Shown here piece by piece: positions 19,692-31,183 of a stretch of DNA of 64,000 bases. Both the position numbers and the translations under genes were made by a program. Each line of letters begins with the position of its first letter. The stretch's first letter is position 1. The stretch spans positions 64,001 through 128,000 of the forward strand of contig CM000432.1 in the NCBI GenBank assembly GCA_000165345.1, read 5' to 3'. The notes beneath the pieces are model-generated. The model worked only from the letters and a program-made list of their open reading frames with translations. It did not search any database and was not told the origin of the DNA.

Positions 19692-21515
19692 TTAATTATT
19701 GCATATCCAAGAAACAAACTGTTTAACGATTTCTTCTTGAGATGAGGGCTCGAGATTTCGAACAAGTTCTAGGAACTGTAGTCTGTTAGTGAAATTCTCA
19801 TAATAATCGGAAGGAAGTGGGAATTTTGGTAATTCACCACTATTCATTGTAATAATTTCATGTTTCGTATCAAATAATTCTACCATATAAAGCTTTTCTG
19901 GTTTAACCATATTAAAGCTGGATGAAAAACTTATTGGGAATCTCCAGCTTTCTGTTAACAAATTATTTTCGTAAGATAATATATAGGATGTCTTTCTATT
20001 TATACAGTGTATGTTGTATGGTCCAATTGAAATATCATTTGAGTTCCTAAGTAGAGGCGAAAACTGAGAGTGAAGAAAAATACTAACTTTTTCACAATTA
20101 ACTAAAGTTGCAAACATACAATCAACATGTATAAATATTTCCTGGCAATTTTCGATGTGGATGTTTGAAATTAAATCTAAGCAGTAAATATTACATTGAT
20201 TACAGTCTCGGATGAATAAGTATTCAACTGGCCTTGTAAAATATAAGTTTAGATTACTTGAGTTTGAAATTATTATATTTCGTGCTTCTTCAGAATTTAC
20301 TATCTCCTCTCTCTCTGAAATAATTTCAAAAATATCACCTTTTACATCGTTTATGGAATTCGCTAACTCACTCTGGTCAAAATAAATTGAATGGATTATT
20401 TTGTTTGAAAGATAGTATGAAATTCTTTCAGAAGCACCATTTCCATGAGTATTGTTCACCAAATAGTAATCATCTAAAACATTGTGATTGATTATTGTTG
20501 AACCAGAATTAAGTAAAATACATAATTGGATTTCTCCTGAATTATCCGTAACAACATGGTAATTGAATGCATTTATTGTGAATTCTGAAAGTGCTATGCT
20601 ATTTCCTTTCATTTTCTTCTCATCCTGACCATTTTCATCTTTGGAACTAAAATATTTCTCCAATTTTTTTGTATTTAAGTCAAAATTCTTATTTTCATCT
20701 TCATCTTGTTCCATATCATTGCTATAAATAAATACTTTGTCAAAAAACATCTCAAATGGAACTGGTACATTCATTGAGTTATAATCAGAGTTGCTTTTTT
20801 CGTTTGCCAATAATGATAGAATCCTTATCAATGTGGCTGAGTTCCTCTGGAAAAACTTTGCAATTGTTATATAGCTCTCCTTGGAATATAGGCTTGAAGA
20901 CAGTTCAGTGTTACTCGTAGATTGATTTGAAAAAATAAATTGAGTTAAAATGAACAGAGATACCATTTCAAAGCATATACTTAAATTTTCAGCCATTCTG
21001 TATTCTTTAAATTTTCCTCCTTGATGCTTTTCGTAAATCTCAGGGTAGCTTTCCCCATCAATCCACTTATAAATTGGGTCTCTTTTTTCTCTATTTATTT
21101 TATCAATTACTCTCATAGAATGCTCAAATCCTCTCAAAAGCACTGTACTTGATAGATTCATCCAGTAAAAATTCAGACTATCCGAAGTAAAAAGATATAA
21201 TTTTTCTATTTCAGATTGTCCCAATAATTTTTTTTTCAATGTCCAAAAAGCAATACTTAAATTACTTGCTTTTTTTAATAGTGCATTTGAACTATCTAAT
21301 CTAAAAAGGCATTTATTGCCAAGTATATGTTCTTGGCCAAAAATGAAGTCTCTCCATTGAAAGTAACTTAGAAACTTTGACAATCCAATAAACTCCCTCA
21401 GTAAAGATATATAAAGAAATAATATTTCTTCATCCCAAATTTTTGCTTCAGTAAACTCCAACCCCACATATAATTGAGACACTATCTCGAAATTCGGGAG
21501 TAATATAAAGTTCAT
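19692..21515 (-). CDS. Hypothetical protein (~607 aa from the first ATG; the ORF track starts at a GTG at 21542).
   Basis: Long uninterrupted ORF, divergently arranged with the downstream membrane-protein gene. No recognisable motifs. Confidence 0.45.
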   Translation of the reverse strand: MNFILLPNFEIVSQLYVGLEFTEAKIWDEEILFLYISLLREFIGLSKFLSYFQWRDFIFGQEHILGNKCLFRLDSSNALLKKASNLSIAFWTLKKKLLGQSEIEKLYLFTSDSLNFYWMNLSSTVLLRGFEHSMRVIDKINREKRDPIYKWIDGESYPEIYEKHQGGKFKEYRMAENLSICFEMVSLFILTQFIFSNQSTSNTELSSSLYSKESYITIAKFFQRNSATLIRILSLLANEKSNSDYNSMNVPVPFEMFFDKVFIYSNDMEQDEDENKNFDLNTKKLEKYFSSKDENGQDEKKMKGNSIALSEFTINAFNYHVVTDNSGEIQLCILLNSGSTIINHNVLDDYYLVNNTHGNGASERISYYLSNKIIHSIYFDQSELANSINDVKGDIFEIISEREEIVNSEEARNIIISNSSNLNLYFTRPVEYLFIRDCNQCNIYCLDLISNIHIENCQEIFIHVDCMFATLVNCEKVSIFLHSQFSPLLRNSNDISIGPYNIHCINRKTSYILSYENNLLTESWRFPISFSSSFNMVKPEKLYMVELFDTKHEIITMNSGELPKFPLPSDYYENFTNRLQFLELVRNLEPSSQEEIVKQFVSWICNN

Positions 21516-21917
21516 CGATGCAAGGCTTTCCCACCCTATCACACTTAATGTATTCTAGCTCTAATTTGCAGGATCTCCTGCAAATAATTTATTTGGAATC
21601 TTTTTTCCGCTTAGCTGCTAATAAATTATTATTCCTAAAGTTAATATTTTTTTTTAGCGTTCATAGTTACTATTGACCCTCCTTTAACTAAAATAAGCCC
21701 GCCAACACCCGGTTAATATGTTTGAATAATTTCAGATCGCACCTAAAGGAATATTCATATTTGCTAATAAACGAACAAGAAATAAATTAGAAACAAAATT
21801 CAAGTATAAAAAACTTATGAATAAATTTGGAAACTTTTAATTCATTTCTTTTTTGAATTTCATTTTTCAAACGTAGAAAAAATCTGAAAGTTTAATTAAT
21901 TATATTACTCTTATAAA

Positions 21918-22763
21918 ATGGAGTCTTCACTAACTAGAATTCTAATAGCTTTGGCATTCCCATTTACACAGGAATTCTGGAAAGTTCATGGTGTTAGTTT
22001 CACCTTATCAAGTACCTTCATTGTACTACTCTGGTACTATTTAGTAAACAAACATAATACAGATCAAAATAAAATGAGATGTGTTTTCCAGTATATATCA
22101 TCTGCCATTATATCTTTCATATGTTGGCCTGTTGTAATTGATCTCTGGTTTAAATATTTCCAATTTGAAATGGATATGTTAAAATGGCTTCAATATGATT
22201 CCTATGGATATTATAAATTCATGTTAAATTTATTCTTATCTTCACTTTTATTTGACCTTATTTTTGGAGTCTTGTATTTCAGAAAGCAAATGTTCATTTT
22301 AAATGGTTGGATTCACCATACTGCTTATATCATCTTAACCTTATATATTATGCGTTGGAAGTCTTATAATATATTGCTTGTTGCTCTACCTGAGGAAATT
22401 CCAACTTATTTTATATCTATTTACGTAATTTTTCCACATAACAACAGGAAATTCTCCCAAAAGATGTTCTTTATAACGTTCTTCATTTTCAGAATTTCGT
22501 ATCATATAATAGGCTATTCATTGTTATTCCTTCGTGCTAGTAATAGAGAAGCTACCCAACTTTGGATACCTACATCACTTACTATTTTTGCACATTGTTA
22601 TTGGTATCTTCTCTGGCTTAGAAAGCATTGGAGATCTCTATTCCATTCCGAAGAAATTCCATATTCTAAAGAAAATATAAGCACTGCTAAGAGCAACCCC
22701 GATAAAGAATACAATTGTATTGACTACTTTGATCACTACAGTAATATTGAACGAGAAATTTGA
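21918..22763 (+). CDS. Multi-pass membrane protein, possibly TLC-domain (TRAM/LAG1/CLN8-like).
   Basis: 6-7 hydrophobic segments. 'WIHHTAYIILTLYIMRWKSY' resembles the HH-x-ATIIL...SY block of TLC/Lag1-motif proteins, but the RKD part of a true ceramide-synthase motif is absent. Confidence 0.4.
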   Translation: MESSLTRILIALAFPFTQEFWKVHGVSFTLSSTFIVLLWYYLVNKHNTDQNKMRCVFQYISSAIISFICWPVVIDLWFKYFQFEMDMLKWLQYDSYGYYKFMLNLFLSSLLFDLIFGVLYFRKQMFILNGWIHHTAYIILTLYIMRWKSYNILLVALPEEIPTYFISIYVIFPHNNRKFSQKMFFITFFIFRISYHIIGYSLLFLRASNREATQLWIPTSLTIFAHCYWYLLWLRKHWRSLFHSEEIPYSKENISTAKSNPDKEYNCIDYFDHYSNIEREI

Positions 22764-23282
22764 ACAAGTATTTATGTAACTTTTTTATTATCACATTGTT
22801 ATTATTTTTATTGATTTTTTTCAGAATTAACTAAGATTGGTATATTCATGATTATAACATAAAATTGAATTGTTTTATATTGGCTATTTCCCTTATTTAT
22901 AAAATACATATATTACAAATGGATTTTTTTTTCGTTTAGTTTTTCAAATGCATTATTGCTTTTCAATAAGTCATATTAATTAATTATCTTTTTTCATTAA
23001 ATGTTATCCGATTCTCAAACCTAAATCAATAATTAAATATTTCTTCTATTCATATTTATTTATATATTTTTTCTTTTCTTAATATTAAGTTACCAGCCCA
23101 GATTAAAAGGCGGGAACTATGTGAGTCTCATAAAAATTTGGAATGTTTTTCTAGAGTGAGGTTACCTAACTTAGTGGAAAAAAAAAATTAAAAAAAAGAA
23201 AGGAAATACAAAATAAAAAAATTCAGTTAATAAATGAGCCATTTTTTTCAAAGAAGCAATCTTGTTGAATGAATGGGAGAAT

Positions 23283-25964
23283 ATGTCAAGCATGGATGAA
23301 TTGAGTGTGCAAGACTACATAGAAATTTGCAAGGAAGCTGGTAATTATAAGCAGGCAATATTTTGGTGTGATTTAGCATCAGCTCAAGAATCTGAAGACA
23401 CAGGAAACGACATTCATGTTGAAAATGGTTCAATAGCTGATATGATTGATCTTAATGGTGAGAATACAGAAATTCCCCAAGTAAGAGGAGCAAAGTCTGT
23501 TGAGTATTTATTAGAAATGGCAGCTCTATATATGTTAGATGGAAAAGAAGTTTGTGTGGAATCTGTATTGAAAAGAATTAATCCAGATGATTTGGAGAGA
23601 GTTGAACAAAGTACAAATGATGAGAATATTTCAGGTTTTTCTGAAAACAAGACAAAACAATATTCTACTGAACTTTCTGAAGGTTTCAACCAAATTAAAT
23701 TAATGGATAATATAGAAGAAGATGTTATTACGGAAAATGAAGCTAACTCTTTACTTTCTAAGAAGCTCTTTTTGGAAGCACAATACTTATACTCGGTACA
23801 TAGATATGAAGAATGTCTATCTCTAATAGAATCGAGTATTGATCTTTCTAATTTTGATACATTTGTTTCTTCCTCGATACATACTATGGCAGCAGATTCA
23901 TTCTCCTCAATTGGAAATATTGAATATGCAACTATGCTATATGAAACAGCTTTATATGAATCTCACCATGCAGTGGAAGCCTTAGATTATTTACTAGAGC
24001 TTCCATATTGTTCTGACTCGACCAAACAGACTTTATTAACAAATATAATAGGGTCTCCGATAGGAGAAGTTGATAAAGCTTGGATAAGGAATTACCTTCA
24101 TCCTTTCCAAAATGTAGAAAAGAATAGCTCAGAAAATGGAGCTTCTATATTTAGATCAGCATCTCCATCAATTTCACCAAATAGAAGAAAGGAAAAACGG
24201 CTCCTTCCAACATCACCAATAAATGTAGCATCTAGAATTTCAGTGGATAACCCTGATAAGATTGCATTTAGAAATAATTATATTGAGACATCAGAGAACA
24301 AAATGATTCAAGATGACTTGATGATTCTAGATAATATTGCAAGAGGAGCAAAAGGTGAAGTTGGACTTAGATTAGCTGCTATTTATATGTATAGATTTAT
24401 TTGCCAAAGTAATTTGGTTTGTGGTTATATTCTTGGCTGTAATATCTGGGTACAGCTTTTCAGAAAGGAAGAAGAAAGCAATGAGAAATACTATTATAAT
24501 TTTGGAGATCCGCTCCCAGCAGTTTTTAATGATAGCTATAAATCTTTCAAATATTCAACAGCAGCATTTTGTGAATTTATTAATATGTTTAGTTTATGTA
24601 TTGTTTGTAAATTATACACAGAGATTAGTATTTGTCAGGCATCAACTCCTAATGATTTAAATGACTATATTACTTTACTGGAATGCTTTATTGTAATATT
24701 GGACCATTACGGAGGAAATTTGGAAACTATTAAAAAAACTTCAAAAGATGGGAGTTTAACATTCTCCACTAAACTTTTCAATTCAAAACTTTTTGGAAAG
24801 AACTCGGATGATATTTGTTGTGGGATAAACTTTAACGGCAATAATCTTGGAAATGATTTGAACTATGGAAATGATAATAATGCAACAACATCTGCAAGCT
24901 CTTGGTATAAGAAACTTTTCCCTAATAATATTTTAGTTAGTAGTTTCTTCTTTGTAAAAGCTTGTTTCTTGTTTGTATCTGCAATTGGTAGAGTTCACTC
25001 CCGTTCAGAAAACTCAATACAAACAGTTAGAAGCTTATTAAGAACATCAATGTATTTTCTAAAAAGAAGTATAAATTTCAATTACATTATGTTGCCTTCC
25101 TACTACTTATGGGGGAATATTTACTCTATTCTTGGACAATGGGATGATGCTGTAGTAATTTTCAGAAGAATTATCAGACTATTTCCATCAACCAATTTAT
25201 CAATAACATCAGCTACTTCTCTATTGCTTCAAAGAGTTCAGATTGAGAAAGATCTCCGAATCACAGATTTGCTAAATCAATGTATTGGATGGGCGTCTAA
25301 AGGGCTTCAAATTAATAAAGACACTCCTTCTATTCACAATTCTTTGGGAATTTGTGCCTATTATGAAAAGAAGTATGACATTGCTATTGGTTACTTCCAG
25401 AAAGCATTCAATTGCTTGTCAAGCCAAAATCAAGATGGGACAGAAAATATTCCCATAAATAATTCATTTTCCACATCCATATTTAATAAAACTTTATTTA
25501 AAAACCCGGGAAACCCAAACTTCAACTCATCTCTCTTTTCATTTAATCCTCTACCATTTATTATTTCCGTTAATCTCGCTCTTTCATATTTAATGGGAGG
25601 ACATTATCAGAATGCAATCGATAGCTTATCTGTATTATTTACCTCAAAGAAGTATTTTCATCGTGCCCTCTTTGACCCTACATTCCTTCAATACATTTAT
25701 ATGATTCTTGGAATTTCCTATCATTTGCTCGATAATACTAAGGAAGCATGTAACTACTACGAGCTTTTTCTTTCTCTTCCAACTGAAGATGAAATACTTG
25801 ATGAACTAGAGGAATATCCAAACACAGAAACCATGAATTCTATTAAAATTCCGGGAAATGACGCAATTCAAATGATCATTTCTGGAGACCAGAACAAGTA
25901 TCTTTCAAAAGTGTTCATTAAGAGCATTTCTGAGCTTTACAACTCCTTGATGCAAAATATCTAA
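23283..25964 (+). CDS. TPR-like repeat protein (~894 aa), function unknown. Start moved from TTG at 23262 to ATG at 23283.
   Basis: Several TPR-like helical pairs (e.g. GNIEYATMLYETALYES; GQWDDAVVIFRRIIRLFP; GICAYYEKKYDIAIGYFQKAF; GGHYQNAIDSLSVLF; GISYHLLDNTKEACNYYELFL). Confidence 0.45.
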   Translation: MSSMDELSVQDYIEICKEAGNYKQAIFWCDLASAQESEDTGNDIHVENGSIADMIDLNGENTEIPQVRGAKSVEYLLEMAALYMLDGKEVCVESVLKRINPDDLERVEQSTNDENISGFSENKTKQYSTELSEGFNQIKLMDNIEEDVITENEANSLLSKKLFLEAQYLYSVHRYEECLSLIESSIDLSNFDTFVSSSIHTMAADSFSSIGNIEYATMLYETALYESHHAVEALDYLLELPYCSDSTKQTLLTNIIGSPIGEVDKAWIRNYLHPFQNVEKNSSENGASIFRSASPSISPNRRKEKRLLPTSPINVASRISVDNPDKIAFRNNYIETSENKMIQDDLMILDNIARGAKGEVGLRLAAIYMYRFICQSNLVCGYILGCNIWVQLFRKEEESNEKYYYNFGDPLPAVFNDSYKSFKYSTAAFCEFINMFSLCIVCKLYTEISICQASTPNDLNDYITLLECFIVILDHYGGNLETIKKTSKDGSLTFSTKLFNSKLFGKNSDDICCGINFNGNNLGNDLNYGNDNNATTSASSWYKKLFPNNILVSSFFFVKACFLFVSAIGRVHSRSENSIQTVRSLLRTSMYFLKRSINFNYIMLPSYYLWGNIYSILGQWDDAVVIFRRIIRLFPSTNLSITSATSLLLQRVQIEKDLRITDLLNQCIGWASKGLQINKDTPSIHNSLGICAYYEKKYDIAIGYFQKAFNCLSSQNQDGTENIPINNSFSTSIFNKTLFKNPGNPNFNSSLFSFNPLPFIISVNLALSYLMGGHYQNAIDSLSVLFTSKKYFHRALFDPTFLQYIYMILGISYHLLDNTKEACNYYELFLSLPTEDEILDELEEYPNTETMNSIKIPGNDAIQMIISGDQNKYLSKVFIKSISELYNSLMQNI

Positions 25965-26499
25965 TGAACAGATTGAACAAAAAAGTTATTTTGTTCTTAA
26001 ACATATCTAATATTGACCTTACTGCTATTAACTTGTTTTTAATATACTAATATCGTTCAAAATCAATATCTATATAAAAATCAATTTTATTTTTCTTTGC
26101 CTTCTGCCTAATTGTTTATTTGCCAATTTAACTAATTGGGCTTGGCGCCATACGTGTTCTGCATGCAATATTTTTATTAATAGGAAATTAACTTGGAATG
26201 GTTATAAGGAGAAATTATTGCAAATCTTTTAATTATTAAGTTTATTTTAAATATATAACAAAATTGATTTTCAGCTAATAACAAGAGTCACTATAATATA
26301 AAGAAGAATTAAAAATAAATAATAAATAGCCATTTGAGGGGGAAAGTGGGGGGTTGGTGGAGCAGAAAACACTAATAAATTAGAAGAGAATTTAGAGAAT
26401 TGAAACTAGATAAAAGCTAATTCAGATGATAGTCTAGTATATCATTAATGGAATCTGTGTGAAACGTAAAAAGTAACTAAGGGATCAGATGAGGCAATT

Positions 26500-28170
26500 A
26501 TGAAGGAAAATAGATTACAAGAAATCATTGAAAAGAAAAAAATTTTCAAGATGAAATGTACAACATCCTTGGACAACGAGGATAAGTCTCAAGTTAAGAT
26601 TTTAAATTCAAGGAATAAGTACTGGAAATATGAGCAGGATGACTTTCATGAGGAAGGATGGGATGAGGAACTTGGAATCCCAATAGTAATTAGAAGTGAG
26701 GTAGAAAATCTTATGCAAGGAAGAGCATTATATATAAGAAATGCGAGTCATTATGGGCAAAGAAGATTGGATTCAACACTTAGTAAATCAATCATTATGA
26801 AAAAGGGAGAAGTTGATATTGACTCATTCGACTTTAAAGTAAGCCTAGTAACAAGAACTCATAACTTTGAAAATATTAAAAATGAAAATTCTAAAATAAA
26901 TTTAAGTAAAGAATTATTGAATTTAAACACTAAAGACCTTCCTAAACACTCAGATGAGTCCCTTGCTGCTTTAACTGACGAGGTTTTACAAGAGGAATCC
27001 ATTTGCACAGCTTTATATCCTTCAGAGTATTCTGGAAAATGGGAAGTTGAATATTTTCAGGTATTTCATTTCATTACATTAAAGAAATCTCTGAATTGTT
27101 TACTCAATCTATCAAAATCTGAAAAATTATTTGTTTCCTACTTTTCAGACGTTAAAATTTCTCAATACTGTCCGACTATTTTCTGGAATATTGTTCGTAT
27201 ATTTCATGGAGAAATAGATCTTGGGATTATTGAGATCTTCTCTTCAATACCTCCAGCTCTATTAAAAAGGAGAAGAAACACTTTTGAGACTAAATTTAAT
27301 TTAAATCAAAATTTAAGATCGTCTTTAACTAAGAAATCAAACAAAAATCACCAAAAACTTAAAGAAAATAAAGACATCTTCTATGAACTGAGTCAAAAAC
27401 TTATTCAGGACTTGTATAGTAAAATTCCATACTTTGAGAGAAATGGAATCGAATATTTTACAGACTCCAAATTTTTAGATCTTAAACACAAAAACAAAGA
27501 ATTTTCAAATAATTCTGAACTTGAAATCAATTTTACACCAAACAATGAAATTGAGCAGTCTAATATTGAAAACCAAATAACTAGAAGATCTAGCAAAAGA
27601 GTCTCTTTTGGTGCTAATAGCGAAATATCAATCATTGAAGCAACAATAGATATGAACTACAAAGTTATTCACCTCCCAATATATAATTATTCAGAAAAAT
27701 GGAAGAAGATTATCTACAAATATTGTATCTTAAATGAAATTCACTCATGCACTTTGATTAAAAAAGATGCATTTAAAGGAAGATGTGTAATCGCCGGATC
27801 TCTTATTAGAAAAGATGACTTTGTTCTTGAATATAAAGGAAATCTAATAACTCAGCTTAACGAGGCCAAAGAGCTGGAAGAGAAGTATGCTCTTAGTAAT
27901 AGGGGGTGTTATATGTATTACTTCAAAGCTAACGATAAGAATTATTGTATTGATGCTACCGAAGAATGTTTAGAATTTGGACCAGGGAGACTAATTAATC
28001 ATTCTAGAAAAAATCCTAACATTATCACAAAAGTACTAATGATAGAAAATACTCCAAGATTGTTTTTCGTCTCAAAAAGGGATATTATATGCGGCGAAGA
28101 GCTGCTTTTCGATTATGGCGATAACAATCCCATCTCTACTCTACACAATCCCTGGCTTGTAAATTCATAA
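26500..28170 (+). CDS. SET-domain lysine methyltransferase, SET8/PR-Set7 (KMT5A)-like.
   Basis: C-terminal SET domain GRCVIAGSLIRKDDFVLEYKGNLI...GCYMYYFKANDKNYCIDATEECLEFGPGRLINHSRKNPNIITKV...GEELLFDYGD closely follows the KMT5A pattern (GCYMYYF...YC.DAT.E....GRLINHS...GEELLYDYGD). Confidence 0.65.
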   Translation: MKENRLQEIIEKKKIFKMKCTTSLDNEDKSQVKILNSRNKYWKYEQDDFHEEGWDEELGIPIVIRSEVENLMQGRALYIRNASHYGQRRLDSTLSKSIIMKKGEVDIDSFDFKVSLVTRTHNFENIKNENSKINLSKELLNLNTKDLPKHSDESLAALTDEVLQEESICTALYPSEYSGKWEVEYFQVFHFITLKKSLNCLLNLSKSEKLFVSYFSDVKISQYCPTIFWNIVRIFHGEIDLGIIEIFSSIPPALLKRRRNTFETKFNLNQNLRSSLTKKSNKNHQKLKENKDIFYELSQKLIQDLYSKIPYFERNGIEYFTDSKFLDLKHKNKEFSNNSELEINFTPNNEIEQSNIENQITRRSSKRVSFGANSEISIIEATIDMNYKVIHLPIYNYSEKWKKIIYKYCILNEIHSCTLIKKDAFKGRCVIAGSLIRKDDFVLEYKGNLITQLNEAKELEEKYALSNRGCYMYYFKANDKNYCIDATEECLEFGPGRLINHSRKNPNIITKVLMIENTPRLFFVSKRDIICGEELLFDYGDNNPISTLHNPWLVNS

Positions 28171-28999
28171 TGTCACATTCTTTCTGTAAAGAGGATCTTT
28201 AACAAGTCTTAGACAGAGATAGGAAAAAAAACATCTCAAATAAACATTCATCATTTAACTTTTGACAACTTGCCATTAAATTCAGAAGAAAAACATCTCA
28301 TTTTTAAATCATCTACAATAGAAAAAGAGAAATTTTATACCTGTAAAATCCCTCTTCTCTAATATACTAGGAAAAATTAAATTTAAATTAATCAGGTATT
28401 TGTTTCTCACAATATTTGCTAAATTTCAAAAAATAATTAATTTAATGGCGGGAAATTTCCCAAAAGGTTTTAAATTATAAATATATATTTTTTGGTTCTT
28501 TAAGAACCGAATTTGGAAATTGGAAATACCAGGAATTTTTTTTAAACTTAGTAAAATCATATCTTGAAAATTAGATTTGGTAACCTTTGAATCCCATCTT
28601 CCCTTGCTTAATAGTATTTAGAAAATTATTGCTACTTTTAGACTCCAGAGCTTTATTGCGCCAAAGACACATAGGAATTAAAGTCAAGAAAGGAATCATC
28701 CATATCTAAAAGTCTCTGTTTATTCTTACTATAAATCAATGGAAATAACTGCAAATTCTTCAGATTCAGAACATAAAAGTGATCATTTGAATATTTAATA
28801 TATTAATTGTTAATATTTATTTCAAGTTTTTAAATATTTTATTACTATTTGGGCGAATTTATATATATGCGGAACTTATTTGTTTAGGAAGAAAAAATTA
28901 GAAAAAGATAAATAGCTAATAAATATGATGATTCAACTGAGCAGAAAATTGTTTTAATTTTAAAAAAACAAAGAATTAGCAGTCACTTGATCGAGTAAA

Positions 29000-30733
29000 A
29001 TGGTCAATTCAATTATCAAAATAGCATCCCTTTTGGGTGGCTTATCTTTAAATATTGCACTTGGAATGGTATACTCTATGAGTAATTCATCCATTTATGT
29101 TGCATCTTATATGAGATGGGTAGCAAAACAAGAATTAAAGCCAGTAACTTTAGCAGATGTTTCTTGGGTATATACTTTAAATGTTTTTTTTCTCGGCTTG
29201 ATTCTCCCCATTGGAGGTTATATTAATAAAAGGATTGGTGTACGAAAGTCTTTATACTTGGCATCTACCTTATTTTCAGCCTCAACATTTGTATCTTATT
29301 GGTTTGTTTCATCATATTATTGGTTTCTTATAATTTTTGGTTGTATACTTGGAATTGCCGATGGTATTGCCTTTAATATTCCCCAATATTGTGCCTATAA
29401 ACATTTTCCAAATAATATTGGACTTGCTTCAAGTGTAGTAATTTCTGGATTGGCTTTGAGCCCAATACTATTTTCACCATTACAAACATGGATTGTGAAT
29501 CCTAATAACAAAATGCCAGAATTAAAAGTAGGAAATGAATTATATTTCTCTGATGAAGAAATTTTAATGAGGGTTCCTAAAATGTTCATAGCCATGGGGT
29601 TATTTATTACATTATTATGTGTATTTTCTATAATGACATTGCATGAACCAAAAGAAGAAACAGATACTCATATATTGCCTTTGAACTTAAATAATAAAAC
29701 TTCAAGGCTTGATGACTCAATCTCAGAATCTGAAAAAGATGCTTTGGTTTTAATTCCAAATACAGAATCCAAATCTTTGGTTGAATTTTATTTAAATTTT
29801 GAACAGGGGATGAAATATGATAACTTGACTTGTAATAATGCTAACTCTGAATCAGTTTCGACTGCTATTACTCCAATAGAAAAACTTGGATCTTTTGATT
29901 TTAATATTGATAACATTAAATTAGAACTAGAGCTAGAGTTGGATAAAGATGAAGGAAATAATGAAGAAAATAATGAAGAAAATAAAAAAAGTGATAAAAA
30001 TGAATATAAGGAAAAAGTGAATGAGAATATAGAAAAAACAAAATATGAAGGTAATGTAGACTTAAAGTTTAAAAGTGATAATCTTACTTCAAATAGAAAT
30101 GCAGAATTAGATATGATATCTCGACTTTTAAAAGAAAAACAGTTTTGGTTAATATTTTGGCTGCTTTTCTTATTTTCACAATATGTCCACTTTATTGCCT
30201 CATGGTGGAAGAATATTGGAATAATTTACATAAATATTTCTGATGAAATGCTTGCAACAATAGGTACATTTATTACATCAGGAAACAATGTTTTTGGACG
30301 ATGTTTCTTTGGATCTTGGATAGATAAATTTGGAGGGAGAATTTGTTTTATATCAATTTCTCTATCTTGTCTTTTTTCAGTTTTAATATTCCAACTTTCA
30401 TTAATGTTAAATTCGCAAATATTTTATTTGATTTGTATTGGATTCATATTCTTCAATATGGGAGCGGGATTCGTCTTATTTCCTCCAATTGTAGCCATTC
30501 ACTTTGGAGTTGAGTATTATGCCTTAATATATGGATTAATATATATTGGAAGGTCTTTGGGAGTATTCTTTAATTCTTTTTTGACTTGGTTATTAATCGG
30601 ATCGTTAGATATTCAATATATATGTTTGATTATTGGAGCATTCACTTTTTCATTTTTCTTACTATCTACCAGATTTTATAATCATACTAAATTTTCAGAT
30701 CATACTTTACATAAGAAACTATTTCTTAAATAA
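29000..30733 (+). CDS. Major-facilitator-superfamily transporter (monocarboxylate/oxalate-formate antiporter-like) with a large low-complexity central loop.
   Basis: Two sets of ~6 hydrophobic helices separated by an acidic/Asn-rich loop (EGNNEENNEENKKSDKNEYKEK...). Gly-rich MFS-type helix spacing. Confidence 0.55.
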   Translation: MVNSIIKIASLLGGLSLNIALGMVYSMSNSSIYVASYMRWVAKQELKPVTLADVSWVYTLNVFFLGLILPIGGYINKRIGVRKSLYLASTLFSASTFVSYWFVSSYYWFLIIFGCILGIADGIAFNIPQYCAYKHFPNNIGLASSVVISGLALSPILFSPLQTWIVNPNNKMPELKVGNELYFSDEEILMRVPKMFIAMGLFITLLCVFSIMTLHEPKEETDTHILPLNLNNKTSRLDDSISESEKDALVLIPNTESKSLVEFYLNFEQGMKYDNLTCNNANSESVSTAITPIEKLGSFDFNIDNIKLELELELDKDEGNNEENNEENKKSDKNEYKEKVNENIEKTKYEGNVDLKFKSDNLTSNRNAELDMISRLLKEKQFWLIFWLLFLFSQYVHFIASWWKNIGIIYINISDEMLATIGTFITSGNNVFGRCFFGSWIDKFGGRICFISISLSCLFSVLIFQLSLMLNSQIFYLICIGFIFFNMGAGFVLFPPIVAIHFGVEYYALIYGLIYIGRSLGVFFNSFLTWLLIGSLDIQYICLIIGAFTFSFFLLSTRFYNHTKFSDHTLHKKLFLK

Positions 30734-31183
30734 AACATTAATAATTACATAAATTAATATTTTTTATTTACAATGGAGACTTGAAAAGGTTTGGAAGTTG
30801 ATTTTTTCAAGAAGATTTGATGTCTAATTTTGATTGAAATTACTTGTATTAGTATTTTGCCTTGATTTATCTTAATTTCATTATTTAAATTATTCATTGA
30901 TTGTTTATAATGCATTTGATATTAATGAATCATTTACCAATTTTGAAATAGTATTATTTGAATTTGAATTAGTGGGAGGTTTGGTCTAATTCAATAGTCT
31001 TTCTATTCTATTCTGTTTTTCTATAACCTCATTTTTTTTTATAATTACTGACCACTCGGCTTCTTTGAATCAATATTTAACTCCTTTTTATCCCATTACA
31101 AATATACGTGTGTGGCGCCAAATTTGAAAAAAAAAAATGAATTAAATTAATAAGAGAATAAAGTAATTAGTGTGCCTATAAAA

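Noticed and set aside
19692-21515. Idea that the 616-aa hypothetical protein is a UFL1 partner (CDK5RAP3/DDRGK1) because UFL1 is in the window.
   Set aside because: No sequence resemblance to either partner that I can see; left as hypothetical.
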